Assembly (NCBI GenBank): GCA_040218735.1
Contig: JAVJQW010000046.1
Coordinates: 128,001 to 192,000 of the forward strand
Direction: 5' to 3'
Source: Deltaproteobacteria bacterium
GTDB lineage: Bacteria; Myxococcota; Kuafuiibacteriia; Kuafuiibacteriales; Kuafuiibacteriaceae
Length of the DNA stretch: 64,000 nt
Each line of letters starts with the position of its first letter. Within the stretch, counting starts at the first letter, position 1. Positions 28,543 to 40,426 of the stretch are shown here, piece after piece. Under the pieces are notes generated by a model. The model had not been told where the DNA came from, did not search any database, and saw only the letters and a program-made list of their open reading frames with translations. The position numbers and the translations under genes were made by a program.

Positions 28543-29370
28543 ATGCGCGTCGCGTTCTTCGTTTGCCTCACGCTCCTGGGGTGCAGCGGCAGCGCGCCGA
28601 ACAGCGCGATTCGTGAGCTGTCCGTCGTCTCGATCAACCTCCGCCACGACCAAGACTTCTGGGAGGAGCGATTCGACCTCGTCGCGGACGAGATCGTTCG
28701 ACTCGATCCCGACCTGATCGGTCTGCAGGAGATCGAGATCAGCGTCGACCAGTCGCAGGTCCTCCACGAGCGCATCGTTGAACGCGGTGGCGCCGACTAC
28801 GCGATCTTCGAGCAGCTGAAGTTCGGCGTGCAGGGGCTGGGCGGGGAGGGCGTCGGCGTGTTCTCACGTTTCCCGATCCTCGAGACCGACGCCGTCGATC
28901 TCGACCACGGTCGCCCGGGTGTCTTCGTTCGCCTTTCGCTCGGCGATGGCGAGCGTATCGAGTTCTTCAACACCCACCTGCACAACGTCGGCGAAGACGA
29001 GGTCCGGCGCGCGCAGATGCAGTCGATGGTTGCGTTCGCCGACCAACATGCCGACGGCGCCCCGCAGATCCTCACCGGCGACATGAACGCCCTCCCGGAC
29101 AGCGGAACGCTGAACGCCGCTCTCGACGTCGGCTGGCGCGACAGCTTCACCGACGCCAACCCGTCCGCGCTCGGCGCGACGAGCGGCATCCGCCTCCGCA
29201 AGGACGATCCGACTCCGCAGCGCGCTCAGAATCGGATCGACTACGTGCTGTACGCACCGCGCGGACGCCTGAGCGTCGTCTCGTCGACCGTCACGTTCGA
29301 CCGCCCCCGCGCCGACGGCCTGTACCCGTCGGATCACCTCGGCGTGCTGTCGGTGTTCGAGCTGCGCTGA
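28543..29370 (+). CDS. Endonuclease/exonuclease/phosphatase family lipoprotein
   Basis: Lipobox LLGC; GLQE, NTHL, GDMN, RIDY, SDHLGV. Confidence 0.9.
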   Translation: MRVAFFVCLTLLGCSGSAPNSAIRELSVVSINLRHDQDFWEERFDLVADEIVRLDPDLIGLQEIEISVDQSQVLHERIVERGGADYAIFEQLKFGVQGLGGEGVGVFSRFPILETDAVDLDHGRPGVFVRLSLGDGERIEFFNTHLHNVGEDEVRRAQMQSMVAFADQHADGAPQILTGDMNALPDSGTLNAALDVGWRDSFTDANPSALGATSGIRLRKDDPTPQRAQNRIDYVLYAPRGRLSVVSSTVTFDRPRADGLYPSDHLGVLSVFELR

Positions 29371-29410
29371 GCGCCGGCCCCGGAGGGGGCCATTCGGTGC
29401 GTCAGGCGCT

Positions 29411-30115
29411 TCAGGTGCTGAGCTTTTTCTTCCACTTCTCGAGGTCGGGCGGGAGCGGCGCTTCGTAGCGGACGTAGCGCCCGGTGTACGGGTGATCGAA
29501 GCCCAGGAACTCCGCGTGCAGGAAGATGCGGTGGGTCTTCTGCTGGCCGGGCTCCGCCGCGTACTTGCGTTCGCCGAGGAGGGGGTGGCCGGCCTCCGCG
29601 AAGTGGACGCGGATCTGGTTGCGGATGCCGGTCTCGAGCGCGACTTCGACGAGCGTCGCGTCGGCGAAGCGCTCGCGGACGCGCCAGTGCGTAACGGCGT
29701 GGCGTGTGCCGCGTTGGCCCTCTTCGCCAGAGAAGACACGGAGGGACTTGTGGTTCGTGACGAGCCAGCTGTCGAGGGTGCCTTCGTCGGCTTCGAGCAC
29801 GCCGTGCACCGCCGCGGTGTAGAGGCGCTGCACGTCGTGGACCTTGAACTGCTCGATCAGGGCGGCCTGTGCGTCGGGGCGGCGGGCGTAGACGAGGAGG
29901 CCGGAGACCACGCGGTCGAGGCGGTGCACCGGGAAGATCTCCGTGCTGCCGCGCCCGCGGAGGAATCGGCGGACGTGGTGGATGAGGGTGTTGCGCTCGT
30001 TCTTCTCCGTGGCCTGCGTGAGGATCCCCGCGCGCTTCTCCACGACGACGATCGACGGATCGACGTGGTGGACGAGGCACGGGTCGCCCGACTTCCACTT
30101 CCTGCGCAGCGCCAC
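29411..30115 (-). CDS. RluA-family pseudouridine synthase
   Basis: VHRLDR..SGL, LETG..NQIRVH, LHA..LGF.HP. Confidence 0.92.
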   Translation of the reverse strand: MALRRKWKSGDPCLVHHVDPSIVVVEKRAGILTQATEKNERNTLIHHVRRFLRGRGSTEIFPVHRLDRVVSGLLVYARRPDAQAALIEQFKVHDVQRLYTAAVHGVLEADEGTLDSWLVTNHKSLRVFSGEEGQRGTRHAVTHWRVRERFADATLVEVALETGIRNQIRVHFAEAGHPLLGERKYAAEPGQQKTHRIFLHAEFLGFDHPYTGRYVRYEAPLPPDLEKWKKKLST

Positions 30116-30121
30116 AACGAC

Positions 30122-30910
30122 CTAGAACAGCTGCCCGCGGATGAAGGGGTGCGAAGACGACAGCCCGCCGTCGACGACGATCGCCTGGCCGTTCACGTAC
30201 GACGCATCGTCCGAAGCGAGGAACGCGACGACGCTCGCGATCTCTTCCGGCTCCCCCGCGCGGCGCGTCGGGTTGAGCTGGCCAATCTTGTCCATCTTCT
30301 CGGCGGCGCGTGCGTAGTCGAACAGCGGGCGTGTCATGCCGGTCTCCACCAGGCCGGGGCACACCGCGTTGACGCGGACGCCGCTCCCGGAGAGCTGCAC
30401 CGCCGCGGTCTGCACGAAGTTGATCACCGCGGCCTTGCTCGCGCTGTACGGCGAAGGGCCCGCGCCCGCGCGCAGGCCCGCGACGCTCGACGTGCAGACG
30501 ATCGAACCGCCGCCGTTGGCCTTCATGTGCCGCGCGGCGTGCGTGACGCAGTGGACGACGCCCATCAGGTTCACGCGGAGGACCTGCGCCCACTCTTCGA
30601 GGGAGACGTCGAGCACGTTCGAGAGCGTCCCCGAGATGCCCGCGTTGGCGTGCAGGAGCTCGAGGCCGCCACCTTCCGCGACGGCGCGCTCGACCGCGCG
30701 TGCGACGTCGTCGTCGTCGCCGACGTCGAGGCGATCCGCGATCGCCTTGCCGCCCGCGTCGACGATCGCCTTCACGGTCTCGTCGACCTCGTCGACGACG
30801 TCCGTCGCGAGGACCCACGCGCCTTCCTCCGCGAGGCGCATCGCGGTCGCGCGGCCGATGCCGCTCGCGGCGCCGGTGACGAGGGCACGTCGGTCAGTCA
30901 GTCTCTTCAT
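30122..30910 (-). CDS. SDR family oxidoreductase
   Basis: TGAASGIG, NAG, YSASK, VDGG. Confidence 0.93.
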   Translation of the reverse strand: MKRLTDRRALVTGAASGIGRATAMRLAEEGAWVLATDVVDEVDETVKAIVDAGGKAIADRLDVGDDDDVARAVERAVAEGGGLELLHANAGISGTLSNVLDVSLEEWAQVLRVNLMGVVHCVTHAARHMKANGGGSIVCTSSVAGLRAGAGPSPYSASKAAVINFVQTAAVQLSGSGVRVNAVCPGLVETGMTRPLFDYARAAEKMDKIGQLNPTRRAGEPEEIASVVAFLASDDASYVNGQAIVVDGGLSSSHPFIRGQLF

Positions 30911-32636
30911 CGCCGCCCACCGATACCAGACGTGCGGACCGAAGCCGATTGATCGCGGCGGCGATTTCGAAGCGGCGCGGGCGGGCGAAGTGCCCGGGGT
31001 GCCGTCCGGCGCGGACGAAGGGGTCCAGACCGTCGAGGCCATCGGCGTCGAACCGGGCCTGCTGGCGGGTGAGGGCCTCGGCGAGCGCGTCGTCTTCGAG
31101 GTCACGGCGGAGGTCCTCCAGCGCATACCCGACCGCGCGGGTCTGGCTGGTGTCGACGAGCTGCTCGACGCCGCCGAGATCGATCTCCGTGGTGCCGAAC
31201 GTCAGGCGGTCGACGGCGCGCACGTCGATCTTCACGTCGCGTTTGCCGCGGGCGGCGTTGATCGTACGGCGCTCGATCCCCCGACGCCGCGGCGCCACGA
31301 GGGGCGCGTCGTTCTCGCGGCGACGCCCGGTCGGGTGAGCCTCCGCGATCGCGTGCGCCTCGGCGGTGACGTCCTTCGGACGGTACGCGTCCATCTGCAC
31401 CACGGTGTTCGCCTGGTCGAAGTAGTCGCCGCTGCCGCCCATCACGAGCACCGTCGAGACGCCGAGCGTTTCGTAGAGCTCGCGTACGCGATCGACGAAT
31501 GGGGTGATCGGCTCGCGGTCGGCGTGCACGAGCGCCTGCATCCGCGCGTCGCGGACCATGAAGTTGGTGGCGGAGGTGTCCTCGTCGAGGAGCAGCGTCG
31601 TGGCGCCGACTTCGATCGCTTCGACGATGCTCGCCGCCTGACTCGTGCTGCCGCTGGCGTCGTCGGTCGAGAACGCGGTGGTCGTTCGCCCGCCCGGGAG
31701 CGCGCCGATGAACGGGCTGATGTCGACGGACGAGATGTGGCGGCCGTCCTCCGCGCGAATCTTCACCGCGTCGTGATCGGTGACGACACGTTCGCGACCG
31801 TCGTCCGGGACGTGGTCGTAGACGCCGCGCTGGATCGCGGAGAGGAGCGTCGACTTCCCGTGGTAACCGCCGCCGACGATCAGCGTGACACCGCGCGGGA
31901 CCCCGAGCCCGCGCACCGGGCCGGGCGGGTGCAGGCCCTCGAGCTCCACCGCGAGTGATTCGGGGGCGACGAAGGGGACGACGTCGGGGCCCGAGAGCGG
32001 GCGGTCACTCGCGCCGCTCGCGCGGGGGAGGATCGCGCCGTCCGCGACGAACGCGACGAGGCCGCGCTCGGCGAGCTGACCGCGCAGGTGGGCTTGGTCC
32101 TCGACGGTGTCGACGAAGCGCTCCGCGTCGTATGCGCCGTACTCGTCGGCGAAGAGGCTGAGGCGCGCGACCGCGGGGAGGTCGTCGAGGAGGAGCGCGA
32201 TCGCCTCGCGGGCGAGCACCGAGCGCCCCGCCGCGGGGAGGCCGGCGGTGATGCGCAGCTCGACGAAGTCGTCGGTGACGCACGCGGCGGTGCGTTCGAG
32301 GACCTCCTGCCCGCCCGCGTCGATGCCGACCGCACCGCTCTTGCCGCTGCCGCGTCGTCCGCGACACACGTCGTGGATCACGGTCCGGGCGACGCGCGCG
32401 AGGAAGTCCTCGAACGCGACGCGGCGCACGCGGTTCGCGAAGAGCGCGGGGTCGACGCCGGCGCGCTGGGTGTCGACGCGGAGCCGGAGCTTGGACGGCG
32501 CGGCGAACGGGTCGCCCTGCACGTGGTCGATGAAGAGCTGCACCTCGCCGAGGTCGTATGCACCCGCGATGTCCTTGTAGGCGCGGTAGCCGCGGCGGTC
32601 GATGCGACGCAGCTCGGATTCGAGAGGGGAAGACAC
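30894..32636 (-). CDS. ABC-class ATPase domain protein (PF09818-like)
   Basis: DHVQGDPFA.PS, GGGYHGKSTLL, DASGSTSQAA, DEDTSATNFM. Confidence 0.9.
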   Translation of the reverse strand: MSSPLESELRRIDRRGYRAYKDIAGAYDLGEVQLFIDHVQGDPFAAPSKLRLRVDTQRAGVDPALFANRVRRVAFEDFLARVARTVIHDVCRGRRGSGKSGAVGIDAGGQEVLERTAACVTDDFVELRITAGLPAAGRSVLAREAIALLLDDLPAVARLSLFADEYGAYDAERFVDTVEDQAHLRGQLAERGLVAFVADGAILPRASGASDRPLSGPDVVPFVAPESLAVELEGLHPPGPVRGLGVPRGVTLIVGGGYHGKSTLLSAIQRGVYDHVPDDGRERVVTDHDAVKIRAEDGRHISSVDISPFIGALPGGRTTTAFSTDDASGSTSQAASIVEAIEVGATTLLLDEDTSATNFMVRDARMQALVHADREPITPFVDRVRELYETLGVSTVLVMGGSGDYFDQANTVVQMDAYRPKDVTAEAHAIAEAHPTGRRRENDAPLVAPRRRGIERRTINAARGKRDVKIDVRAVDRLTFGTTEIDLGGVEQLVDTSQTRAVGYALEDLRRDLEDDALAEALTRQQARFDADGLDGLDPFVRAGRHPGHFARPRRFEIAAAINRLRSARLVSVGGDEETD

Positions 32637-32638
32637 GG

Positions 32639-33145
32639 TCAGTCGTTGATGTCGGTGACGAGGCGCGGGCCGTTCGGCTCGATGACGAACTCGAATGCGC
32701 CACGACGCGTGTTTCGGTCGAACATCACCCCGAGCACGGTGCCGGGCGAGAAGGAGCGCGGGTACTCGGGCACGCGCAGCAGGGCGCTCGCGAGGATGCT
32801 CATCGTGGGTTCGTGACCGACGACGAGGAGCCCTTGGACGTTGGCCGGGGACTGAGCGATCACGTCGACGAGCGCGGCGGTCGACGGGGGCTCGGCGACG
32901 ATGCGGCGCGCCGCGATGCCTTCGTCGAGCCCGAGCTCGCCGGCGAGGAGCTCCGCGGTCTGCACGGCGCGCACGAGCGGGCTGGTGAGGATGTGATCGA
33001 TCTGCGGCGGCTGCGCGGCGAGGAGGCGGCCCACCTTGCGCACGGAGCGTCGCCCGATCCCGGTGAGCGAGCGTTGACCGTCCGCGACGTCGTAGCCCGG
33101 TTCCGCTTGGCCGTGACGCGCGAGGAACACCGGGAGGACACCCAT
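32639..33145 (-). CDS. SixA-like phosphohistidine phosphatase
   Basis: RHGQA, SPLVRAVQTA, VGHEP. Confidence 0.85.
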   Translation of the reverse strand: MGVLPVFLARHGQAEPGYDVADGQRSLTGIGRRSVRKVGRLLAAQPPQIDHILTSPLVRAVQTAELLAGELGLDEGIAARRIVAEPPSTAALVDVIAQSPANVQGLLVVGHEPTMSILASALLRVPEYPRSFSPGTVLGVMFDRNTRRGAFEFVIEPNGPRLVTDIND

Positions 33146-33193
33146 GCCGCCGACGATAGCGAAAACCGGCGCCGAGCGCATACTCTTGGTGCC

Positions 33194-34111
33194 TTGCTCT
33201 TCTGGACGCTCGTCGCAGCGCTGCCCGCGGTCGAGCTGGCGGGTCAGGTCGACGCGGCGCGCCTCGTCGCCGACGTCCAGGCGCTGCAGGCCCCGCGGAC
33301 GCGTGTCACCGGCAGCGCGGGGCTCGTCGAGGCGCAAAGCTGGCTCGAAGATCAGCTGCGTGATCTCGGGCTGTCACCTCGCCGCCAACACCTGGTCGTC
33401 GAGCACACGTTCACGGAGCGCGCGGTGGGCGCGACGAACGTCCTCGTCGAGCTCGGCGGGGAGGGGCCGCCGCTCTACCTCGTCGCGCACCTCGACTCGA
33501 AGGCGGCGCACGACGACGAGGACGCGGCGGAGGTGAAGTGGGATCCGCGGCGTGACGCGGCGCCGGGGGCCGACGACGACGCGAGCGGGTGCGCCGCGCT
33601 GCTGGAGGTGGCGCGGTTACTGCGGGACCGCGGTCGGCGTCGCGTCGTGTTGGCGTGGGTCGACGCCGAGGAGATGTCGATCATGGCCGAGGACGGGTTC
33701 ATGACGAACCTCGGCTCCGAGCCCCTCGCGCGCGAAGCGGAGGACGGCGCGCAGGCGATCTCCGTGGACATGTTGCTCCGCCCGCGGCCCTGGGGCGGCA
33801 GCCTGCGGATCTACGAAGACGGCCGCGAGGCGTCGGCGGAGCTCGCGCGCGTGCTCGTCGAGGCGTCGTGGTTGGTCGCGCCTCGAATCGAGGTGCAGCG
33901 ACGCTGGGTGCCCGACTTCACGTGGAGCGACCACGGGAGCTTCTGGGCGGAGGGGCTCGGCGCGGTGCTCCTGATCGAAGACGACTTCGAGCACGCGCGG
34001 TATCACCGCGTGACGGATCGGTTCGATCCTGAGGATGCGTTCTATTCGAGCGAACAGCTGACGGCTGCGACGCGGATGCTCGTCTCGGCGGTCGTGTTGC
34101 TCGGAGGCTGA
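33194..34111 (+). CDS. M28 family metallopeptidase (start approximate)
   Basis: AHLDS, PGADDDASG, AEE, SDH..F, YH..TD. Confidence 0.85.
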   Translation: MLFWTLVAALPAVELAGQVDAARLVADVQALQAPRTRVTGSAGLVEAQSWLEDQLRDLGLSPRRQHLVVEHTFTERAVGATNVLVELGGEGPPLYLVAHLDSKAAHDDEDAAEVKWDPRRDAAPGADDDASGCAALLEVARLLRDRGRRRVVLAWVDAEEMSIMAEDGFMTNLGSEPLAREAEDGAQAISVDMLLRPRPWGGSLRIYEDGREASAELARVLVEASWLVAPRIEVQRRWVPDFTWSDHGSFWAEGLGAVLLIEDDFEHARYHRVTDRFDPEDAFYSSEQLTAATRMLVSAVVLLGG

Positions 34112-34112
34112 C

Positions 34113-34439
34113 TCAGTTGCGCATGACGTCGATCTTGGTGGCGTCGATCGTCTTGAAGTTCTGGAAGATGGCCAGAACGATCGCGAGCGCGATGGCGGCC
34201 TCGGCCGCGGCGATCACGATGACGAACAGCGCAAAGACGTGTCCGCCGAGGGTGCCCGTCACGTAGTAGGAGAACGCGACGAGGTTGATGTTCGCGGCGT
34301 TGAGGACGAGCTCGACGCCGATGAGGACGCCGACCGCGTTGCGCCGCGTGAGGACGGTGTACGTCCCGAGCGAGAAGAGCACGGCGGCCAGGAAGAGGAA
34401 GTGCTTGAGGCCGACCTGGAGGATCGCGAGCTGGTCCAT
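34113..34439 (-). CDS. nuoK: NADH-quinone oxidoreductase subunit K
   Basis: RRN...LIGVELVLNAANINLVAFS, AAAEAAIALAI. Confidence 0.95.
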   Translation of the reverse strand: MDQLAILQVGLKHFLFLAAVLFSLGTYTVLTRRNAVGVLIGVELVLNAANINLVAFSYYVTGTLGGHVFALFVIVIAAAEAAIALAIVLAIFQNFKTIDATKIDVMRN

Positions 34440-34969
34440 TAGTCCTTCATCTCCTTGCGGGCCATGACCACCGCGCCGACGAGCGAGCCGAGGATCACCA
34501 CGGAGAGGATCTCGAACGGGAGCAGGTAGGTCGAAAGCAGGAGGTCACCCAGCGGGGCGGTGGTCTCGAAGCGCGAGGTCACCGGCAGGGTCTTCCAGTC
34601 CGTCGAGACGGCGACGTAGGCGAGCATCCCGAACACGCCGAGGGAAACGACGGCGGCGGGTTGGGCGCCGACGACCGGGTTCGAGCCCTCGACCTCCGTG
34701 ATGCGGTTCGTGAGCATCACCGCAAACAGGAAGAGCACCAAGATTCCGCCGACGTAGACGATCAGCTGGGTGATCGCGAGGTAGTCGGCCGACAGCCACG
34801 CGAACAGCGCCGCGACGCCGAACAGGGCCGCGAGCAGGGCGAACGCCGAGTAAACGAGGTTCTTGGAGAACGCGGCGCCGGCCGCGCCCACTCCGGCGAG
34901 CGTGGCGAACAGGAACCAGACCTGATCGCTCAGCCGGATCACTTCGAAGACGTCCGCTACTGGGCTCAT
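34439..34969 (-). CDS. nuoJ: NADH-quinone oxidoreductase subunit J
   Basis: QLIVYVGGILVLFLFAVML, YLLPFEILS. Confidence 0.93.
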   Translation of the reverse strand: MSPVADVFEVIRLSDQVWFLFATLAGVGAAGAAFSKNLVYSAFALLAALFGVAALFAWLSADYLAITQLIVYVGGILVLFLFAVMLTNRITEVEGSNPVVGAQPAAVVSLGVFGMLAYVAVSTDWKTLPVTSRFETTAPLGDLLLSTYLLPFEILSVVILGSLVGAVVMARKEMKD

Positions 34970-35043
34970 GAGCGCGCGGACGCTAACAGAGCCTCGGCGA
35001 CGGCGGCAATGACAAACGGCCGGGGACGTCTATGATGCCAACC

Positions 35044-35790
35044 GTGCGGAAAAACACCGCGATCGGGCTCTGTGCGGCGCTGTCGACCGCCCTCGCGGGC
35101 TGCTACGGGCACCACCTGACGCCCGCCGCGAGCCCCCCGAAGGCCGGCGCGGCACGGCCGCCGCTCGTGGCCCCGATGCAGGGCCACTACACGATCGAGC
35201 GCGACGGCGAGCGGATCGGCGACGAGCGCTTCACGGTGACCTCGAGCGCGGGCGTGTGGCGCGTCGAGGGCGAGGTGAAGCTCGAGAGCCCGACCGCGTC
35301 CGTGCACGGCTACGTCTTGGAGATCGACGAGGCCACGGCCGAGCCGCAGCGATTTCACGTTTGGTTCGAGCTGTACGGCGCGCGCCGCGAGGCGACCGGG
35401 CGGCGTACGGAGGACGGTTTCATTCACGTCGAGACCACGGGCATCGGCGGCACGCGCACGAAGGAGGTGCCGTACGCGGCGGGCACGGCGATCGCGTACG
35501 ACTCGCCGCTGTTCGCGACGATGGCGCTGAGCCTCCTCGTCGGATCGATGCAGCCCGAAAGCCCGGTCGCGGTGCGCACGATCCTCCTGCCGCTCCCGGA
35601 CCTCGCGCCGACGGTGCTGCTCACGACCTACCGCCTCGAAGCGCGCGAAGGTGCGATCGCCAAGGTCGTCGTCGAGCGCCCGCGCACCAAGCTGCCGGTG
35701 GCGTTGTGGGTTCGCGACGACGGGTTGCCGGTGCGGGTCAGGACGTTCGTCGCGCGCGGCGCGCCGCCGATCGAGAGACGCCTCGAATGA
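35044..35790 (+). CDS. Hypothetical lipoprotein (beta-rich)
   Basis: Lipobox LAGC; GTG 35044 lies 7 nt after TATGAT (ATG 35032 is an alternative). Confidence 0.75.
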   Translation: MRKNTAIGLCAALSTALAGCYGHHLTPAASPPKAGAARPPLVAPMQGHYTIERDGERIGDERFTVTSSAGVWRVEGEVKLESPTASVHGYVLEIDEATAEPQRFHVWFELYGARREATGRRTEDGFIHVETTGIGGTRTKEVPYAAGTAIAYDSPLFATMALSLLVGSMQPESPVAVRTILLPLPDLAPTVLLTTYRLEAREGAIAKVVVERPRTKLPVALWVRDDGLPVRVRTFVARGAPPIERRLE

Positions 35791-35868
35791 GGCTGCGTCG
35801 ACGTTCCACATTTTACCACGCGAGAAGGTAGCTGGGCACGGTCGGATCCGGGGCGTACCCCCGGCGGC

Positions 35869-36621
35869 ATGCTTCACGTCGAAGAATGGGGCGAAGGCCC
35901 CCCGCTCCTCCTCCTCCACGGCATGACCGGCGCGGGCGCCGACTGGCGCTACGTGTTCGATCGCGACGCGCTCGGGGCCGCGTGGCACGTGCTCGCCCCG
36001 GACCTCCGGGGGCACGGCCAATCCGACAACCCGAGTGGGACGTTCTCGCTGAGCGCGTGCGCCGATGATGTCGCGGAGCTGCTCGATGCGCGCGGGATCG
36101 ACCAGGTGCGCGGGATCGGCTTCAGCCTCGGGGGCAACGTGCTCCTGCACCTCGCGCTGCGAGCCCGTGTCAGGGCGATGGTCGTCGCGGGCGCGCTCGG
36201 CTACTTCCCACCGACGGCGCGCGGGATCATGCGGTCGATGACGGAGGCCTCGCGGACGCAGGCCGAGTGGGCGGAAGCGCGCGCGCGCCACGGCGACGAC
36301 GATCGTGTCCGCGCGCTGTGGTCGTACGTCCGGACCATGGCCGACGCGTCCGAGGACTTCGCGCCGCCATCCGACGGTGACTCACGAGCTGGTCCCGCGC
36401 ACCTGTGCGGCTGGCGGTCCGTCGCGGCGCGCACGTTGATCGTCGCGGGGGATCGCGACCCGCTGTACCCCGCGCGCCACTTCCTCGAGATGTACGAGGC
36501 GGTCGAAGACGTCGCGCTGTGGATCGTCCCGAACGCTGGCCACGAGGTTCCGTTCGTGGAGCCCACGTTCGGCGAGCGCGCGCTCGCTTTCCTCACCGCT
36601 CAGCCCGAAGGCCGCCGGTAG
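35869..36621 (+). CDS. Alpha/beta fold hydrolase
   Basis: LLLHG, DLRGHG.S, GFSLGG nucleophile elbow, AGH. Confidence 0.88.
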   Translation: MLHVEEWGEGPPLLLLHGMTGAGADWRYVFDRDALGAAWHVLAPDLRGHGQSDNPSGTFSLSACADDVAELLDARGIDQVRGIGFSLGGNVLLHLALRARVRAMVVAGALGYFPPTARGIMRSMTEASRTQAEWAEARARHGDDDRVRALWSYVRTMADASEDFAPPSDGDSRAGPAHLCGWRSVAARTLIVAGDRDPLYPARHFLEMYEAVEDVALWIVPNAGHEVPFVEPTFGERALAFLTAQPEGRR

Positions 36622-36977
36622 CGCAACACCACGCGCACGTCTTCGAGCGGCGCGGGATCGGCTTCGTCGCGGACGAACTGCCAACGGCGGATCGATGCGA
36701 GCGCGCTCGCGTCGAACACGCGCGGTGGTGCGGACTCGACGACGCGCTCCTGTTCGACCTGACCGTCGACCCCGACGGTGAACGCGACGCAGACCCAGCC
36801 TTCGACGCCGCGGTGGTAGGCGCCCGGCGGATAACGCGGCGGCACGCGGCGGAGCGCGCGCGTGAGGCGCCGGTCCGCGGCGATTCGACGCTCGGTGCAC
36901 CCCGTGTCTCTCGGGGCGATCGAACGTTGGGGCGCGGTGCAGGCGACGAGGAACAACGGGAGCAAGGCGATTCGCAC
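36600..36977 (-). CDS. TonB C-terminal domain lipoprotein
   Basis: Lipobox LVAC; PRYP..A...GVEGWV...FTV..DG.V, FD.SAL.SIRRWQF. Confidence 0.8.
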   Translation of the reverse strand: MRIALLPLFLVACTAPQRSIAPRDTGCTERRIAADRRLTRALRRVPPRYPPGAYHRGVEGWVCVAFTVGVDGQVEQERVVESAPPRVFDASALASIRRWQFVRDEADPAPLEDVRVVLRYRRPSG

Positions 36978-37029
36978 ATCGACCTGTGCGGCGAACGTGC
37001 TCGGTCCTTACGGGGGTCGGTTCGACGAT

Positions 37030-38367
37030 TCAGTTCGCGTCGAGCATCGCGACGCGGTTTGCGTCGGCCTGGGCGCCGCTCGCGTCGCCGGCGGCGCGGC
37101 GGAGCTCGGGCACGAAGATCGCGGCGCCTTCGGCTTTGGCGGTGGCGCGGTCGAGGTGCTCGAGCAGCTCGGCGGCGGAGAGATCCGGCGGCGCGCAGAC
37201 GATGCCCCGCACGATGTGGTGCATCTTCGGGTCGTGCGCGGCGTGATCGACGTCCGGGTTCATCCAGCACCCGCGACACAGCGTCACGTACTGCTCGGAG
37301 TGCGCGTACACCACGGCGTCGCGCGGGAGATCGGTCGATAGGTTCGCGAGCTGCTGCGCTTCGGTCTGCGTACCGGCGAAGCCGTAGCGCCGGTACCCGT
37401 TGCGCGCGAGCGTCGCGAGGTGCGGGAACACGGCGACCTTGCCGTCACCGTACTTGTGAAACGTGATCGGCGCGCCGTCGAACAGGATCACGTCGCCGTA
37501 GTCGACGCCGAGCGCCTCCTTGTAGACGACCGACCGGATGATGCCGTGGCAGGGGCTCAGGCGCTCCAGCCACACCGTCTCTTCCTCGCCCGGCACCTGC
37601 GCTTCCGCCCGGGTGCGCTCGGCGAGCGGGCGCTGCGCGAGCCGGACCTTCATCGCGGGGTACGAGCCCTCCGGCAGGCCGCTGCCCGCGAGCTCGACCT
37701 TCTGGTCGATGCTGCGCCACATCTCGAGCGCCTTCACGCCGTCCCCGGCCCCTGTCGCGCAGATCCCGAGGTTCCACCGGACGGAGTCGTTGTCGTGGCC
37801 TCCCAAATCGAACGCACGCTGGTTGGCCGCTTGCCCCTCCGCGAACCGCCCACGTGTCTTCAGGAACAGCCCGTAGTCGTAGTGCAGCGCCCAGTCGTCG
37901 TCGTGCGCCGCCACCCGGGTCTTCAGCGCGCGCTCCACGACGTCGTCCCACGTCCGTCCGAGCACACGCCCGACCGTCGCCAGGCCACCGAGGACGGTGA
38001 ACTGAATCGGTCCCTTCGTCCGTGTCGCCAGCACCTTCAGGCGCTCCGCGACCTCGACGAACACCGGTGCTACCGCCGGCGCACCGTTGAGGTCGTCGAT
38101 GTCGTGCACCGTCTCGAGCACGTTGCCGACGGCCGCCACGACGTCGGGCCGATCCTCGTGCGCCGCGAACACGGCCTCGAGCGCTTCCGCGGCGTCCTCG
38201 CGCGCGAGCAGCTGACGCTCCACGATCCCGAGCAGCGCACCGACCGCGTCGAGGTCTTCCTCTTGGAGCGGGAGCAGCGCCGCCGCAGCCTGCCACGCCT
38301 GGTCGGAGGCCCCTTCCGCCGCGTGAGCCTTCACGCGCTCGACGATCTCGGCGATCTCGGCGCTCAC
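37030..38367 (-). CDS. TPR-containing hypothetical protein
   Basis: YDYGLFLKTRGRF.E, WNLGICATG TPR-like repeats; C-terminal CxxC. Confidence 0.7.
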   Translation of the reverse strand: MSAEIAEIVERVKAHAAEGASDQAWQAAAALLPLQEEDLDAVGALLGIVERQLLAREDAAEALEAVFAAHEDRPDVVAAVGNVLETVHDIDDLNGAPAVAPVFVEVAERLKVLATRTKGPIQFTVLGGLATVGRVLGRTWDDVVERALKTRVAAHDDDWALHYDYGLFLKTRGRFAEGQAANQRAFDLGGHDNDSVRWNLGICATGAGDGVKALEMWRSIDQKVELAGSGLPEGSYPAMKVRLAQRPLAERTRAEAQVPGEEETVWLERLSPCHGIIRSVVYKEALGVDYGDVILFDGAPITFHKYGDGKVAVFPHLATLARNGYRRYGFAGTQTEAQQLANLSTDLPRDAVVYAHSEQYVTLCRGCWMNPDVDHAAHDPKMHHIVRGIVCAPPDLSAAELLEHLDRATAKAEGAAIFVPELRRAAGDASGAQADANRVAMLDAN

Positions 38368-38786
38368 TCGGGCATCGGCTTCTTGGCGTCTTGGAGCGCC
38401 TCGGTGATCGCGTCGAGCATCGCCGCCTCCTTGTCGGAGGAGTGATACGTCGACGTCCAGCCCGCGGCGCCGTCGACCAGCTCGCGGTCCTGTGCTTCGT
38501 GGCGGCAATAGATCGTCAGCGCGCCTTCGTCGTCGTCACGCTCCCAGCTGATGACGTAGCGCTCGCGCATCGCGTCGATCGACGTACGCGTGAACGTCCA
38601 CTCCGTGACGATCTGGTGCTTCGCTTGGTCCCAATTCGCGATCGCGAGGCTGCGCTCGTCGAGCGCGCGGGTGATCGCGGGCGGTGCGTCGTCGGGGTCG
38701 GCGCGATAGCTGCGCCAGGAGGCTGGGAGGACGTAGGCGCACGCCGCCGCCGAGAGCAGGAGGAGGGCGGCGAGCGCGCGTCGCAT
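38364..38786 (-). CDS. Hypothetical lipoprotein
   Basis: MRRALAALLLLSAAAC lipobox; stop overlaps the next GTG. Confidence 0.75.
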   Translation of the reverse strand: MRRALAALLLLSAAACAYVLPASWRSYRADPDDAPPAITRALDERSLAIANWDQAKHQIVTEWTFTRTSIDAMRERYVISWERDDDEGALTIYCRHEAQDRELVDGAAGWTSTYHSSDKEAAMLDAITEALQDAKKPMPE

Positions 38787-38794
38787 CGGGCGCC

Positions 38795-40363
<1,569 letters not shown>

Positions 40364-40372
40364 CGTGGCGGC

Positions 40373-40401
40373 GAGGTAACGAACCCCTGCCGGAAAATCA
40401 A
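40373..40401 (-). promoter_or_regulatory. Putative sigma70 promoter of atpA
   Basis: TTGATT-N17-TACCTC, 9 nt before ATG. Confidence 0.45.
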
Positions 40402-40426
40402 CCGAAACCGCGACCCGAACGCGCGC

